In this document: in pieces, positions 48,451 through 58,013 of the stretch
How positions within the stretch are numbered: position 1 is the first letter of the stretch
Layout of the letters: each line of letters begins with the position of its first letter
Source of the DNA: an uncultured Actinomycetes bacterium
GTDB lineage: Bacteria > Actinomycetota > Thermoleophilia > Solirubrobacterales > Solirubrobacteraceae
NCBI GenBank assembly: GCA_963751715.1
Contig: CAVVVM010000004.1
Coordinates: 122-64,121, forward strand
Length of the DNA: 64,000 bases
Direction: 5' to 3'
Made by a program: the position numbers and the translations under genes
Notes under the pieces: generated by a model
Told to the model about the DNA's origin: nothing
What the model saw: the letters and a program-made list of their open reading frames with translations, nothing else
Databases searched by the model: none

Positions 48451-49540
48451 ATGGAAGAACAGCCGAACGAGACCCGATTCACCGCCGACCAGCTGATGGG
48501 CGCTCCGCGGATCGCTCCGCACGTGGCCCCGGTCGAGCCGGCCCTCAATGTCGTGACCGCACCTGAAAGTCAAACCGTGCCGGTCGCGCAGCCGTCCGCG
48601 CCCGCCCCGGCTGTTGACGCCGCAGTGCCGCCGACGGTCGAGCCCGCCAACGCGGTGGCACCGACGGTCACCCGGCCCGAGCCTCGAGTCGTCGAGTCGC
48701 TCCCGGCAGTGCTCAATGCTCCCGCTCCGGCAGCGCCGCAGGTCCCGGCTCCGATGGCCTCGCCCGAGCAACCGCACTCCGCTGCCGTTCCCCAGCCCGG
48801 CATGAGGGTCATCGCGTTCGCCAACCAGAAGGGCGGCGTGGCCAAGACGACGACGACCCTCAACCTCGCCGTCGCCTTCGCGGAGGAGGGCCACCGCGTG
48901 CTGTGCGTCGACATGGACCCCCAGGGCAACCTGACGATGTCCCAGGGGATCGACCCGGACAAGCTCGAGGAGTCGATGTACGACGTGCTCGTCGCACAGA
49001 TGTCCGATCCGCGAGATGATCCGCAAGCGCGAGATCGACATGGCCGTGCTCCTCGATCGACCTCGCCGGGGCCGAGATCGCGATGTCCACGATGATCGGC
49101 CGCGAGCGCTCGCTGCAGAAGGCGTTCGAGCCGAGTGCGCGAGGACTACGACTTCATCTGCATCGACACGCCCGCCGAGCCTGGGCTGCTGACGATCAAC
49201 GCGCTGACGGCCGCCGACAAGGTGATCGTCCCCGTGCAGTGCGAGTATCTGTCGATGCGCGGGCTGCATCCAGCTGCAGAACACCCTGGCGATGATCCGC
49301 GAGAACCTCAACCCGGACGATCGACATCGAGGGGATCCTCCCGACGTTGGTCGACTCGCGCACGATCCACGCCAAGGAGGCGATCGAGATCCTCGAGGAG
49401 AACTTCGGCGACCGCGTGTTCGCTTCGCGCATCCGCAAGACGGTGCGCTTCGCCGAGGCGCCCGTGAAGGGGATGTCGGTCCTCAAGTACGAGCCGGACG
49501 GGCATCGCGCCAAGTCCTATCGGCAACTCGCGAAGGAGAT
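48451..49540 (+). pseudogene. ParA/Soj-family ATPase with a ~117-aa Pro/Ala/Val-rich N-terminal extension, ~5 frame disruptions; 3' end uncertain
   Basis: RVIAFANQKGGVAKTTTTLNLA (deviant Walker A), VDMDPQGN, then MSTMIGRERSLQKAFEP, REDYDFICIDTP...[26 protein letters not shown] and [24 protein letters not shown]...[18 protein letters not shown] lie in different frames. Confidence 0.8.
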
Positions 49541-49777
49541 CCATGGCAAAGCTGGCGGCATCGCAAGAAGCGGCCGGGAGCAGAGCATGCGCGAGGGTCC
49601 GCTCGCGGCCCTCTGTCACCGGCGAAGACGCGACGACGCGCGAGGCGCAGCGCCGCCAGCACACAGCCGCGCGAGAGCGGCTGCCCCAGCCCGCCGAGCG
49701 CCTCGCCGCAGACACCGCGGCAGGAGGTGCGCATCCCCACTCCGCAGGAGCGCCTGCGCCATGCCTTCTCCTCGGAG

Positions 49778-50939
49778 ATGCCCGAGCTGGAGCGGCCGGC
49801 CACCCGCGCGGTGACGGCCGACTGCCCCGCGACCACCGCTCCCGTGAGCGCGCCCACGACGGCCGAGCCGGTGATCCGCGTCGTCGGCGTCGGCGGCGCC
49901 GGCGTCAACGCCGTCAACCGGATGGTCGAGGCCGAGGTGCGAGGGGTCGAGTTCATCGCGATCAACACCGACCTCCAGTCGCTGCAGCAGTCCGACGGCC
50001 GACATCACGATGCACATCGGCGCGGAGCTCACCCGTGGCCTCGGTTCCGGCTCGGACCCGAGCGTCGGCCGCCAGGCAGCGATGGAGGACCACGACACGA
50101 TCAAGGCCGCTGCTCCGAGGGGCCGACATGGTCTTCATCGCAGCTGGAGCCGGTGGAGGCACCGGCACCGGCGCGGCGCCGATGGTCGCGCGGATCGCCC
50201 ACGAAGTCGGCGCTCTCACCGTCGGCATCGTCACCACGTCCGTTCTGGCTTCGAGGGGACCCGCCGTGGCGCAGGCCGCCGAGGTGGGCATCACTGCGCT
50301 CGGCAAGGAGGTCGACACCCTGATCGCCGTCCCGAACAACCGGCTGCTCGACGGTGCTCGACAAGCAGACATCGATGGTCGAGGCGTTCCGCGTGGCCGA
50401 TGACGTGCTGCGCCAGGGCGTGCAGGGGATCTCGCGACCTCGTCACCCTGCCCGGACTGATCAACCTCGACTTCGCCGACGTGCGCACGATCATGACCGA
50501 CGCCGGCAACGCCCTGCTCGGGATCGGCATGGGCATGGGCGAGCGCCGCGCGACTCGAGGCCGCCGAGGGCGCGATCTCCTCGCCGCTGCTGGAGACCAG
50601 ATCGAGGGAGCGCACGGTCGATCCTGCTGTCGATCACCGGCGGCACCGACCTGTCGCTCTGGGAGGTCAACGAGGCCGCCAAGGTCGGTCTCCGAGGCAG
50701 CCCACCCGGACGCGAACATCATCTTCGGCGCGATGGTCGACGAGAAGCTCGACGACCAGGTGTGGGTCACCGTCGTCGCGACCGGCTACGCCAGCGAGCG
50801 GGCCGCGCGCAAGGCACGGCGTGACGTCGCCGCAGCGCTCGGTGAGCCGAGCGGCGAGGTCAGGGTCGAACGCCGTCGCGGTCGCTCCGACGAGGGCGGG
50901 GGCGACATCGACGTCCCCGAGTTCCTCGCCGGTCGCTGA
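49778..50939 (+). pseudogene. ftsZ: Cell-division GTPase FtsZ, at least 10 frame disruptions between ~49990 and ~50700 (start uncertain)
   Basis: [18 protein letters not shown]...[12 protein letters not shown] | [17 protein letters not shown] | [21 protein letters not shown] | GFEGTRRG | [18 protein letters not shown] | LDKQTSMVEAFRVADDVLRQGVQGIS | DLVTLPGLINLDFADVRTIM | ILLSITGG | HPDANIIFGA...DIDVPEFL, spread across all three frames. Confidence 0.9.
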
Positions 50940-50963
50940 TCACAGCGTAAGCTCACTCCCGAT

Positions 50964-52435
50964 ATGGCTCGCGGAGTTACAGCCGCAGGGCACCCCGTCT
51001 CGGCTCAGGCAGGGGCGGACGCCCTGGCGGCCGGAGGTAACGCGGTCGATGCCGCGATCGCGGCGATGCTCGCGTCGTTCGCGGCCGAGCCACTGCTGAC
51101 CGGTCTTGGGGCAGGCGGGTTGATGCTCGTCGCTCAGCCCGACGGTCAGGCCGTATGCCTCGACTTCTTCGTCGAGGCACCGGGGCGTGGTGCGGACCAC
51201 TCGAAGCGGGCCGACCTCCTGCCGTGGGAGGTCGACTTCGGTGACGCGACCCAGGTCTTCAATGCCGGGCCGGCGAGCGCCGGCGTCTGCGGCACGGCCG
51301 CCGGCATTGCTCACGCGTCGGAGCGATTCGGCTCGATGCCGCTCTCGGAGCTGGCTGGGCAGGCGGCGCGGCTCGCCCGCGACGGCGTTGCCCTGAATGC
51401 CGAGCAGGCCTATGTCGTCGGGTTGCTCGAGGGGATCGTCACCTCGACCGACGAGGCGTCCGCGATCTTCGCTCCCGGCGGGAAGCTCCTCGCTGAAGGA
51501 GACACGATCCGCCAGCCGGAGCTTGGCGACGCGCTTGAGTTGCTCGGTTCGGAGGGGGCAGCGCCGTTCAAGACCGGAGAGGTCGCGAGGCTCGTGGCCG
51601 ACTGGCTCTCGGACAGAGGCGGGCTGATCACGCTCGAGGACCTCGCGGCCTACGAGGTGGTCGAGCGCGACCCGGTCTCGATCGACTACCGCGGCCTGCG
51701 CGTGCTGGCGACTCCGCCTCCGTCGGCCGGCGGGACCCTCGTCGCACTGACCCTCGGCAGGCTCGCTGCCGAGCCGGGACCGGCTGACGCTGCGAGACTC
51801 GTCGAAGCGATGAGCGAATCCCAACGGGCAAGGGACGTCGAGTTCCTCGACGGGCTGGCCGAGCCGGGCTTCGCCGACCGCTTCCTCGGTGCGCGGCTCG
51901 GCTCGACGACCCACATCTCGGCGATCGACTCGGCCGGTCTGCGCCTGCACCGTCACCTGTTCGAACGGTTCGAGTTCGGGGGTCGTGGTGCCCGGCACGG
52001 GGATCCACCTCAACAACATGATGGGCGAGCAGGACCTCAACCCTCACGGCTTCCACCGTCACCCGCCGGGCCGCAGGCTGCCGAGCATGATGACCCCGAC
52101 GGTGATCCTCGAGCAGGGGCGGCCTCGCTTCGCCCTTGGCAGCGCAGGCAGCAACAGGATCAGGTCGGCTCTCGTCCAGACGGTGGTCGGCGCGGTCGAT
52201 CGCGGCTTGCCGCTGCAAGGAGGCCGTCGAAGCGCCCCGCCTGCATTGGGAGGATGGAGTCGTCTACTGCGAGCCGGGGGTCGACCTCGAGTCGCTTGCG
52301 CCGGATCTGGCAGTGGCCGCCTTCCGCGCGCCGAACCTCTTCTTCGGAGGAGTCCAAGCCGTCGGCCTCGCTGCCGACGGCAGCTTCGACGGGGCCGGCG
52401 ATCCCCGCAGGGGGGGAGCGGTCGCATGGGCGTGA
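50964..52435 (+). pseudogene. ggt: Gamma-glutamyltranspeptidase, 2 frame disruptions (~51945, ~52205)
   Basis: AAGHPVSAQAGADALAAGGNAVDAAIA, the autoprocessing site [13 protein letters not shown], then [12 protein letters not shown]...PSMMTPTV (frame of ORF 51889..) and [15 protein letters not shown]...[11 protein letters not shown] (ORF 52136..52435). Confidence 0.85.
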
Positions 52436-52842
52436 GGCTCGCCGTGGCGGCGACTGTCGCGGCGACGCTCGCAGTCGGCTGCGGCGGCACCCAGCGCTCC
52501 GCGGACCTCTTCGTGGTCAAGCGCACCGGTTCGATCCCCGGGGCGAACCTCACCCTGCTGGTGACCGACAACGGGACAGTGCGCTGCAACGGCGGCCCGG
52601 CGAAGGTGCTCCCGGGTGAGCTGCTGGTCGAGGCCCGCGGCCTGACCGAGGACCTTGCCGGCGACCTCGGCAAGCCGATACGGGAGATCGCCCCGCTGAA
52701 CTCGATCTACACGTTCCGGGTGAAGATGGGTGCCGGTACGGCCGAGTGGATGGACGGCACTCCCGGCCTGCCGCAGTCGTTCCTCAAGCTCTCCCAGTTC
52801 ACCCGCAAGGTCGCGAAGGGAACCTGCGGGCTGCAGCGCTGA
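52426..52842 (+). CDS. Lipoprotein, function unknown
   Basis: [19 protein letters not shown] has a lipobox. The ATG at 52426 overlaps the ggt stop region. Confidence 0.6.
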   Translation: MGVRLAVAATVAATLAVGCGGTQRSADLFVVKRTGSIPGANLTLLVTDNGTVRCNGGPAKVLPGELLVEARGLTEDLAGDLGKPIREIAPLNSIYTFRVKMGAGTAEWMDGTPGLPQSFLKLSQFTRKVAKGTCGLQR

Positions 52843-52877
52843 CGGTTGGGGCGCGAGCCGGGCGGGAGAGGTGCCGC

Positions 52878-53513
52878 TCAGGCGGCGTTGGGGCCGAAGC
52901 GGACCTTGCCGTTGCTGCGCGCCAGCGCTTCGGCCGCGCCGACGTCGTCGACTCGCCGCAGGGCCGCCCTGAACAGCTTCTCGAGCAGCTTCATCCTCGC
53001 GTTCTCGCTCCTCAGCTCGAGCAGCGTCTGCTTCGCCTCGGCTCCGAACTCGACGGTCGCCGCCATCGCGTACGAGTCGAGCTCGGTCAGTTCGTCGTCC
53101 TCGAGCTCGCGGTCGGTGGCCTGCGTGTAGAGGTCGGAGTAGAGCGAGCGGACCGCCTCGGCAGTCTCCGTTCCGTCCGCTCCGTCGGGTTCGTCGTCGA
53201 GGAACTCAACCTCCCCGGCCGGGTAGGCGAGCGTCTCGGTCCGCGAGATCAGCTCGAACCGGCGCGTCCCGCGGCAGAGGATGTCCAGGCGTCCGTCCGC
53301 AGTGCGATCGAGGACTTCCTCGACCTCGACCGCGCAGCCGATCTCGCGCAGTCCACCGTCGTCGGTCCAGACGATCCCGAACTCGGACTCGTGCTCGAGG
53401 CAGAAGGCGATCATCGACTTGTAGCGCTCCTCGAAGATGTGCAGCGGCACTGCCTCCTTCGGCAGGGCGACGAGGCCCAGCGGGAAGATCGGGAAGTTGC
53501 TGCGAGAGGCCAT
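52878..53513 (-). CDS. Stand-alone LON N-terminal (substrate-binding) domain protein
   Basis: MASRSNFPIFPLGLVALPKEAVPLHIFEERYKSMI...GIVW...GCAVEVEEV...DGRLDILCRGTRRFEL. Confidence 0.8.
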   Translation of the reverse strand: MASRSNFPIFPLGLVALPKEAVPLHIFEERYKSMIAFCLEHESEFGIVWTDDGGLREIGCAVEVEEVLDRTADGRLDILCRGTRRFELISRTETLAYPAGEVEFLDDEPDGADGTETAEAVRSLYSDLYTQATDRELEDDELTELDSYAMAATVEFGAEAKQTLLELRSENARMKLLEKLFRAALRRVDDVGAAEALARSNGKVRFGPNAA

Positions 53514-53643
53514 GCGGCGAGCATAGAAGCGACGACCGGCACTCATGCCGGGCCTTGCGCCGGTCAGCGACGCGCCGATCGCCCCGCGGCTTCGGGCCGC
53601 GTCGGCGGTGAGCGCCAACGCGCCCGGCGGCGTAGAGAGGTTG

Positions 53644-55057
53644 ATGGCCGAAACAACGATCCTCTGGCTCAGGCGCGACCTGCGAATCCACGACCACCCG
53701 GCCCTTGCCGCCGCGGCGGCCGGCGGGCGCAGGGTGCTCGGGATCTTCGTCCTCGACGACGCGGTGCTGAAGAGCCGCTGGGCGTCGGGCGACAGGACCC
53801 ACGCCCTCCTGACCTCGCTGGAGGAGCTGCGGGGCGAATGGGAGGCGAGGGGAGGGGTGCTGGCGATCAGGCATGGTGATCCGGCCGAAGTTCTCCCCGA
53901 GGTCGCGTCGGAGCTCGGCGCCGCCGAGGTGCACGCCACCAGCGACCCGGCGCCCTTCGCCCTGGCGAGGGACAGGCGGGTTGCCGAGGCGCTCGAGCGA
54001 GTCGGGAGCGAGCCTCGTCCGCCACCCCGGCCTGTTCTGCGCGGACGTCTCCAAGATCAGGACAAAGGACGGGAGGCCCTACACCGTCTTCTCCCCGTTC
54101 GGGCGCAACTGGAGCGAAGCTCCGAGGCGCGAGGTGCTGCCGCCACCGGTCGCGATCGCTTCCCCCGAGTTGGACCCGGGAGCGATCCCGACCGTCGAGC
54201 AGCTCGGCATGGAGCGCGTCCTGACCGAGCCGATGCCCTCGGGCGAGCGGGCGGCGAGGGATCGGATGGAGGAGTGGCTCTCGGCCGACGTCCACCGCTA
54301 CAAGGAGCTGCACAACGACCTCTCCGGGCACACATCACTGCTCTCGCACCACCTCCACCTCGGCAGCCTCTCGGCGAGGGAGCTCGAACAGCGCACGATC
54401 GAGGTCGGTGGCAAGGGAGCCGATGCCTTTCGCCGCCAGATCGGGTGGCGCGACTTCTACGCGCACGTGATGCTCCACAACCCGACCAACACCGTCCGCC
54501 CGCTGCAGGAGAGGTTCGTCGACCTCGAATGGCTCGAGGACGAGGCGGGCTGGGTCGCCTGGTGCGAGGGGAGGACCGGCTACCCGCTGGTGGACGCGGG
54601 GATGCGCGAGCTGAAGGCCACGGGCTTCATGCACAACCGCACCCGGATGGTCGTCGCCTCGTTCCTGACGAAGGACCTCCACATCGACTACCGCCGCGGC
54701 GAGCAGTGGTTCATGCGGTTGCTGCTCGACGGCGACTCCTGCCAGAACAACGGCAACTGGCAGTGGACCGCGTCACTCGGGGTGGACCCGCAGCCGTACT
54801 TCAAGCGGATCTTCAACCCGATCCTCCAGCACAGGAAGTTCGACCCGAGCGGTGCCTATGTGAGGCGTTGGGTCCCGGAGCTGCGCGGCGTCCCCGATGC
54901 GAAGCTGCCCGAGCCATGGCTGATGACCGAGGCGGAGCAGGAGCAGGCCGGCTGCGTGATCGGCCGCGACTACCCCGAGCCGATCCTCGACCACAAGACC
55001 GAGCGGGCGCGGGCGATCGAGCGCTACCGGGCGACCGCGCCGGCCGACGTGGCGTGA
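53644..55057 (+). pseudogene. phr: Deoxyribodipyrimidine (CPD) photolyase, one frameshift near 54005
   Basis: MAETTILWLRRDLRIHDHPAL... (frame of ORF 53545..), continuing as PYTVFSPF...WRDFYAH...GYPLVDAGMRELKATGFMHNRTRMVVASFL...DGDSCQNNGNWQW (ORF 53873..55057). Confidence 0.85.
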
Positions 55058-55112
55058 ACACCCCGGCGTTGGCCGCCGTGGCCGTCGGCGCCCCTGCGCG
55101 GGCGGTCGGCGG

Positions 55113-56631
55113 ATGAGCCGCACCGCGCTCGTCCTCGCCGACCAGCTCTCCGCCGGCAACCCTGCCCTCGACGGAGCCGAGCGGGTCCTGTTCGTCGAGT
55201 CGCTCGGTGCGATGCGCGGCCGTCGCTACCACCGGGCGAGGCTTCAGGTCGTCCTCTCGGCGATGCGCCACCGCGCCGACGAGTTGAGGCGCGAGGGCAG
55301 GGAGGTGATCGAAATCCGCGAGGCCGATGGGTTCCGCGCCGCCCTCGCCGAATCCGGCCTCGGCGGGCCGGACGGCGGCGTCGTCTGCCAGCGGCCGGAG
55401 ACCGCCTCGGTCGCGACGGTGTTGGAGGCGGCGGGCGTCGAGCTGATCGACGGCGGCACGTTCGTCGCCGACCCTGAGCGGTTCGCCGCGTGGGCCGAGG
55501 GCCGCAAGCGGATCACGATGGAGTTCTTCTACCGCCGGATGCGCAGCGACCACGGCCTGCTGCTCGATTCGGACGGAGGCCCGGAGGGAGGCAAGTGGAA
55601 CCTCGACGCCGAGAATCGCAGGCCGCCGAAGGACGGGCTCGAGGTCCCCGAGCCGTGGCTGCCCGAGGAGGACGCGATCGACCTCGAGGTGAGGGCCGAC
55701 CTCGACCGGTATTCGAGCGAGCACGGGATCGCGATGTGGGGCGCCGACTCGCCGCGGGCCTTCGCGGTCACGCCGGGCGAGGCAGGGCTCGTGCTCGACG
55801 ACTTCGTCGCTACGCGGCTGGCCGGGTTCGGCCCGTGGCAGGACGCGATGGTGCCCGGTGAGGACACCGTCTTCCACTCGCGGCTGTCGGTGCCGCTCAA
55901 CCTCGGGGTGCTCGACCCGCTCGAGGCCTGCCGCGCCGCCGAGGCCGCCTACCGGGCCGGAGGCGTCCCGCTGCAGTCGGCCGAGGGGTTCATCCGGCAG
56001 GTGATCGGCTGGCGCGAGTTCGTGCGCTGCATGTACCGGTTCCGCGAGGGAAGCTGGCCGAGCGACAACGCACTCGATGCACGGATGCCGCTGCCTCCCG
56101 CATTCCACGACCCCGACGCGACCGACTGGGAGTGCCTCCGCTCGACGGTCGAGACGGTCGACCGGACCGGCTACGCCCACCACATCGAGCGGCTGATGGT
56201 GCTCGGCAACTCGATGCTGCTTCTCGGCATCGAGCCCGGCGAGGCGCTCGCCTGGTTCAGGGAGTCGTTCGTCGATGCTGCCGACTGGGTGATGGCCCCG
56301 AACGTGCTCGGCATGGGGATTCACGCCGACGGCGGCGTGACGATGACCAAGCCCTACGCGGCCGGCGGCAACTACATGAGCCGAATGTCGAGGCATTGCG
56401 GCGACTGCCGGTACGACCCGAAGAGGCGCACCGGGCCGGACGCCTGCCCGCTGACCTCGATGTACTGGGAGTTCCTCGACCGCCATCGCGATCGCTTCGC
56501 CGCCAACCCGCGGATGTCGCTCGCGATCAAGAACCTCGAGCGGATCGAGCGGGGCGAGCTGGAGGAGATCACCAAAACGGCCGAGCGCTGCTCGCGAGCG
56601 CCTGGCCCGTGCCGAAAAGGCCCGGGATTGA
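55113..56631 (+). CDS. Cryptochrome/photolyase-family FeS-BCP (CryPro, bacterial (6-4)-photolyase-like). The 3' end is inferred: the ORF as sequenced runs on to 57101.
   Basis: TMEFFYRRMR, GGKWNLDAENR, GFIRQVIGWREF, GYAHHIERLMVLGN, WVMAPNVLGM, and a Cys cluster HCGDCRYDPKRRTGPDACPLT. A 1-nt shift near 56580 gives ...AARERLARAEKARD with a stop at 56629-56631. Confidence 0.75.
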
Positions 56632-56714
56632 GGGTTGTTTGGGTTGTGAAGCGGTGGATAAGCGCCAGCTTGCCGCTCTTGCAATCGGGTGAGCGGTCTG
56701 GTACCTTCGGCTCT

Positions 56715-57942
56715 GTGAAGTTGCGAAGAGGGGTCCTCGCAGCACTTGCCGCACTGATGGTTGCGGCTCCTGACCGCGTTTGCGGCCGACGATCCCGGCG
56801 GGCGATCCCAACGCTCCCGCTTGCGTCGCAGCCGACGGCTCTGATTGCCAAGACCCGGGTGGGACCAACTCCGAGGACCCGTCCACGGGCGGGGACGACC
56901 AAGGCGACACCCCCGGCGACTCGGTCGTCCGACGGCTCCGGCGGTGACGACGGATCCGACGTCGGCATTTGCCTGTCGGGGTCGAGTCGCCGTGCAACGG
57001 CGACGGTGGTGACCGCGGCAACCCGGGCGACAAGGGCGACTCGACCGGCGACGACCCCGACCGGAACGGCGACCCGACTGGCGGACGGACAACCCGGATG
57101 ACGGATCCGACGGCGCGACCCCGATGACGGTGGTGACCAGCCGATGGACCTCTGCACATGGGAGCCTTGGAACTGCAACGGCGGGACCCAACCGAACTGC
57201 CTCGTTGCAAGCCCACTGCCAACGGGACCAAGATCTGCCACATCGATCCGCCGTCGAACCGCCCGTTGTGCCCGAGTGCAAGACCGACCCGGACACCGTT
57301 GAGGCTACTGCTGGCAGCCGCCGGAGTCTGCCTGGTCTCCGGTTCGCGAGCGAGGCTGACGCGGCCGCAGCCGGATGCCTTCCGCCTCCGTGCACGGTCG
57401 CTGAGGACGGCACAGCCGATTGCGGCGGCCCGGCGAGCCCGATGTGCCCCGACTGCGACAACCCTTACCCGCCGCCGTTCTGTGATTACGCCGACGGCGC
57501 CGACGGTGGCTTCTACTGCGGTGGTCCGCCGCCGTGCTTCATCGACGAGGAGGGCAACAAGATCTGCGCCGTGTACGACTTCTCGCCGGGCGAGAGCCGA
57601 GGCGGAGACCCGACGAGCGGCGCGGACGACACCGTCGGCGTCTGCGTGATCGGCGCGACTCTCCCTGCAACGGCAACCCCGAGCCTCGCAAGGGCAAGGG
57701 AAGGGCTGAAGGGCGGCAAGGCCAAGGGTGGGTCAAGGCCGGCCCGAAGAAGGGTTCACCCGGGCCCAAGCGGACTAGCCAACAAGGCAAGCGCTGGATC
57801 GGGCAAGGGGACATCGCCCAAGGGCAAGGGCAGCCAAGGCCAACGGCAAGGGCTCCGAAGGGAAGCACAAGGGGGCAACGGCAAGGGCAAGAAGTCCAAG
57901 AAGTCCGGCGCCAAGAAGCCGAAGCGCAGCTCCAAGCGCTGA
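56715..57942 (+). pseudogene. Secreted Cys-rich, Asp/Gly/Pro-rich protein with a Lys-rich tail, many frame disruptions
   Basis: GTG at 56715, VKLRRGVLAALAALMVAAP is signal-like. DPNAPACVAADGSDCQDPGG, PCNGDGGDRGNPGDKGDSTGDDPDRNGDP, CLPPPCTVAEDGTADCGGPASPMCPDCDNPYPPPFCDYADGADGGFYCGGPPPCFIDEEGNKICAVYDF, and a tail ...NGKGKKSKKSGAKKPKRSSKR. Confidence 0.55.
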
Positions 57943-58013
57943 ACAGCGGCCCTCGTTCGTAACAGTTCGCCCGCAGACAGCGAAACCGGCTCGCAACCGG
58001 CAGGATCAGGGCA

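Noticed and set aside
43699-50939. Programmed ribosomal frameshifting or transcriptional slippage as the explanation for the broken rpoD, parA-like and ftsZ genes.
   Set aside because: There are far too many shifts, in both directions (at least 10 in ftsZ). I could see no recurring slippery heptamer or downstream structure, and no precedent exists for these genes.
55113-57101. The 662-aa photolyase-family ORF including its C-terminal 155 residues.
   Set aside because: The tail reads through the signal peptide and low-complexity region of the next gene. A 1-nt shift near 56580 gives a natural-looking end at 56631.
54813-57461. Very long antisense ORFs, such as 54813..57461(-) at 882 aa. Others of the same kind: 59294..61183(-) 629 aa, 40987..42270(-) 427 aa, 38176..39438(-) 420 aa, 43733..44935(-) 400 aa, 45884..47047(-) 387 aa, 62605..63666(-) 353 aa, 30256..31494(+) 412 aa, 31630..32715(+) 361 aa and 35819..36886(+) 355 aa.
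   Set aside because: They are Arg/Gly/Pro/Ala-rich shadow ORFs of the kind expected opposite or out of frame to real genes in ~70% GC DNA. Each overlaps a gene with clear family motifs and GC3 bias on the other strand or frame.
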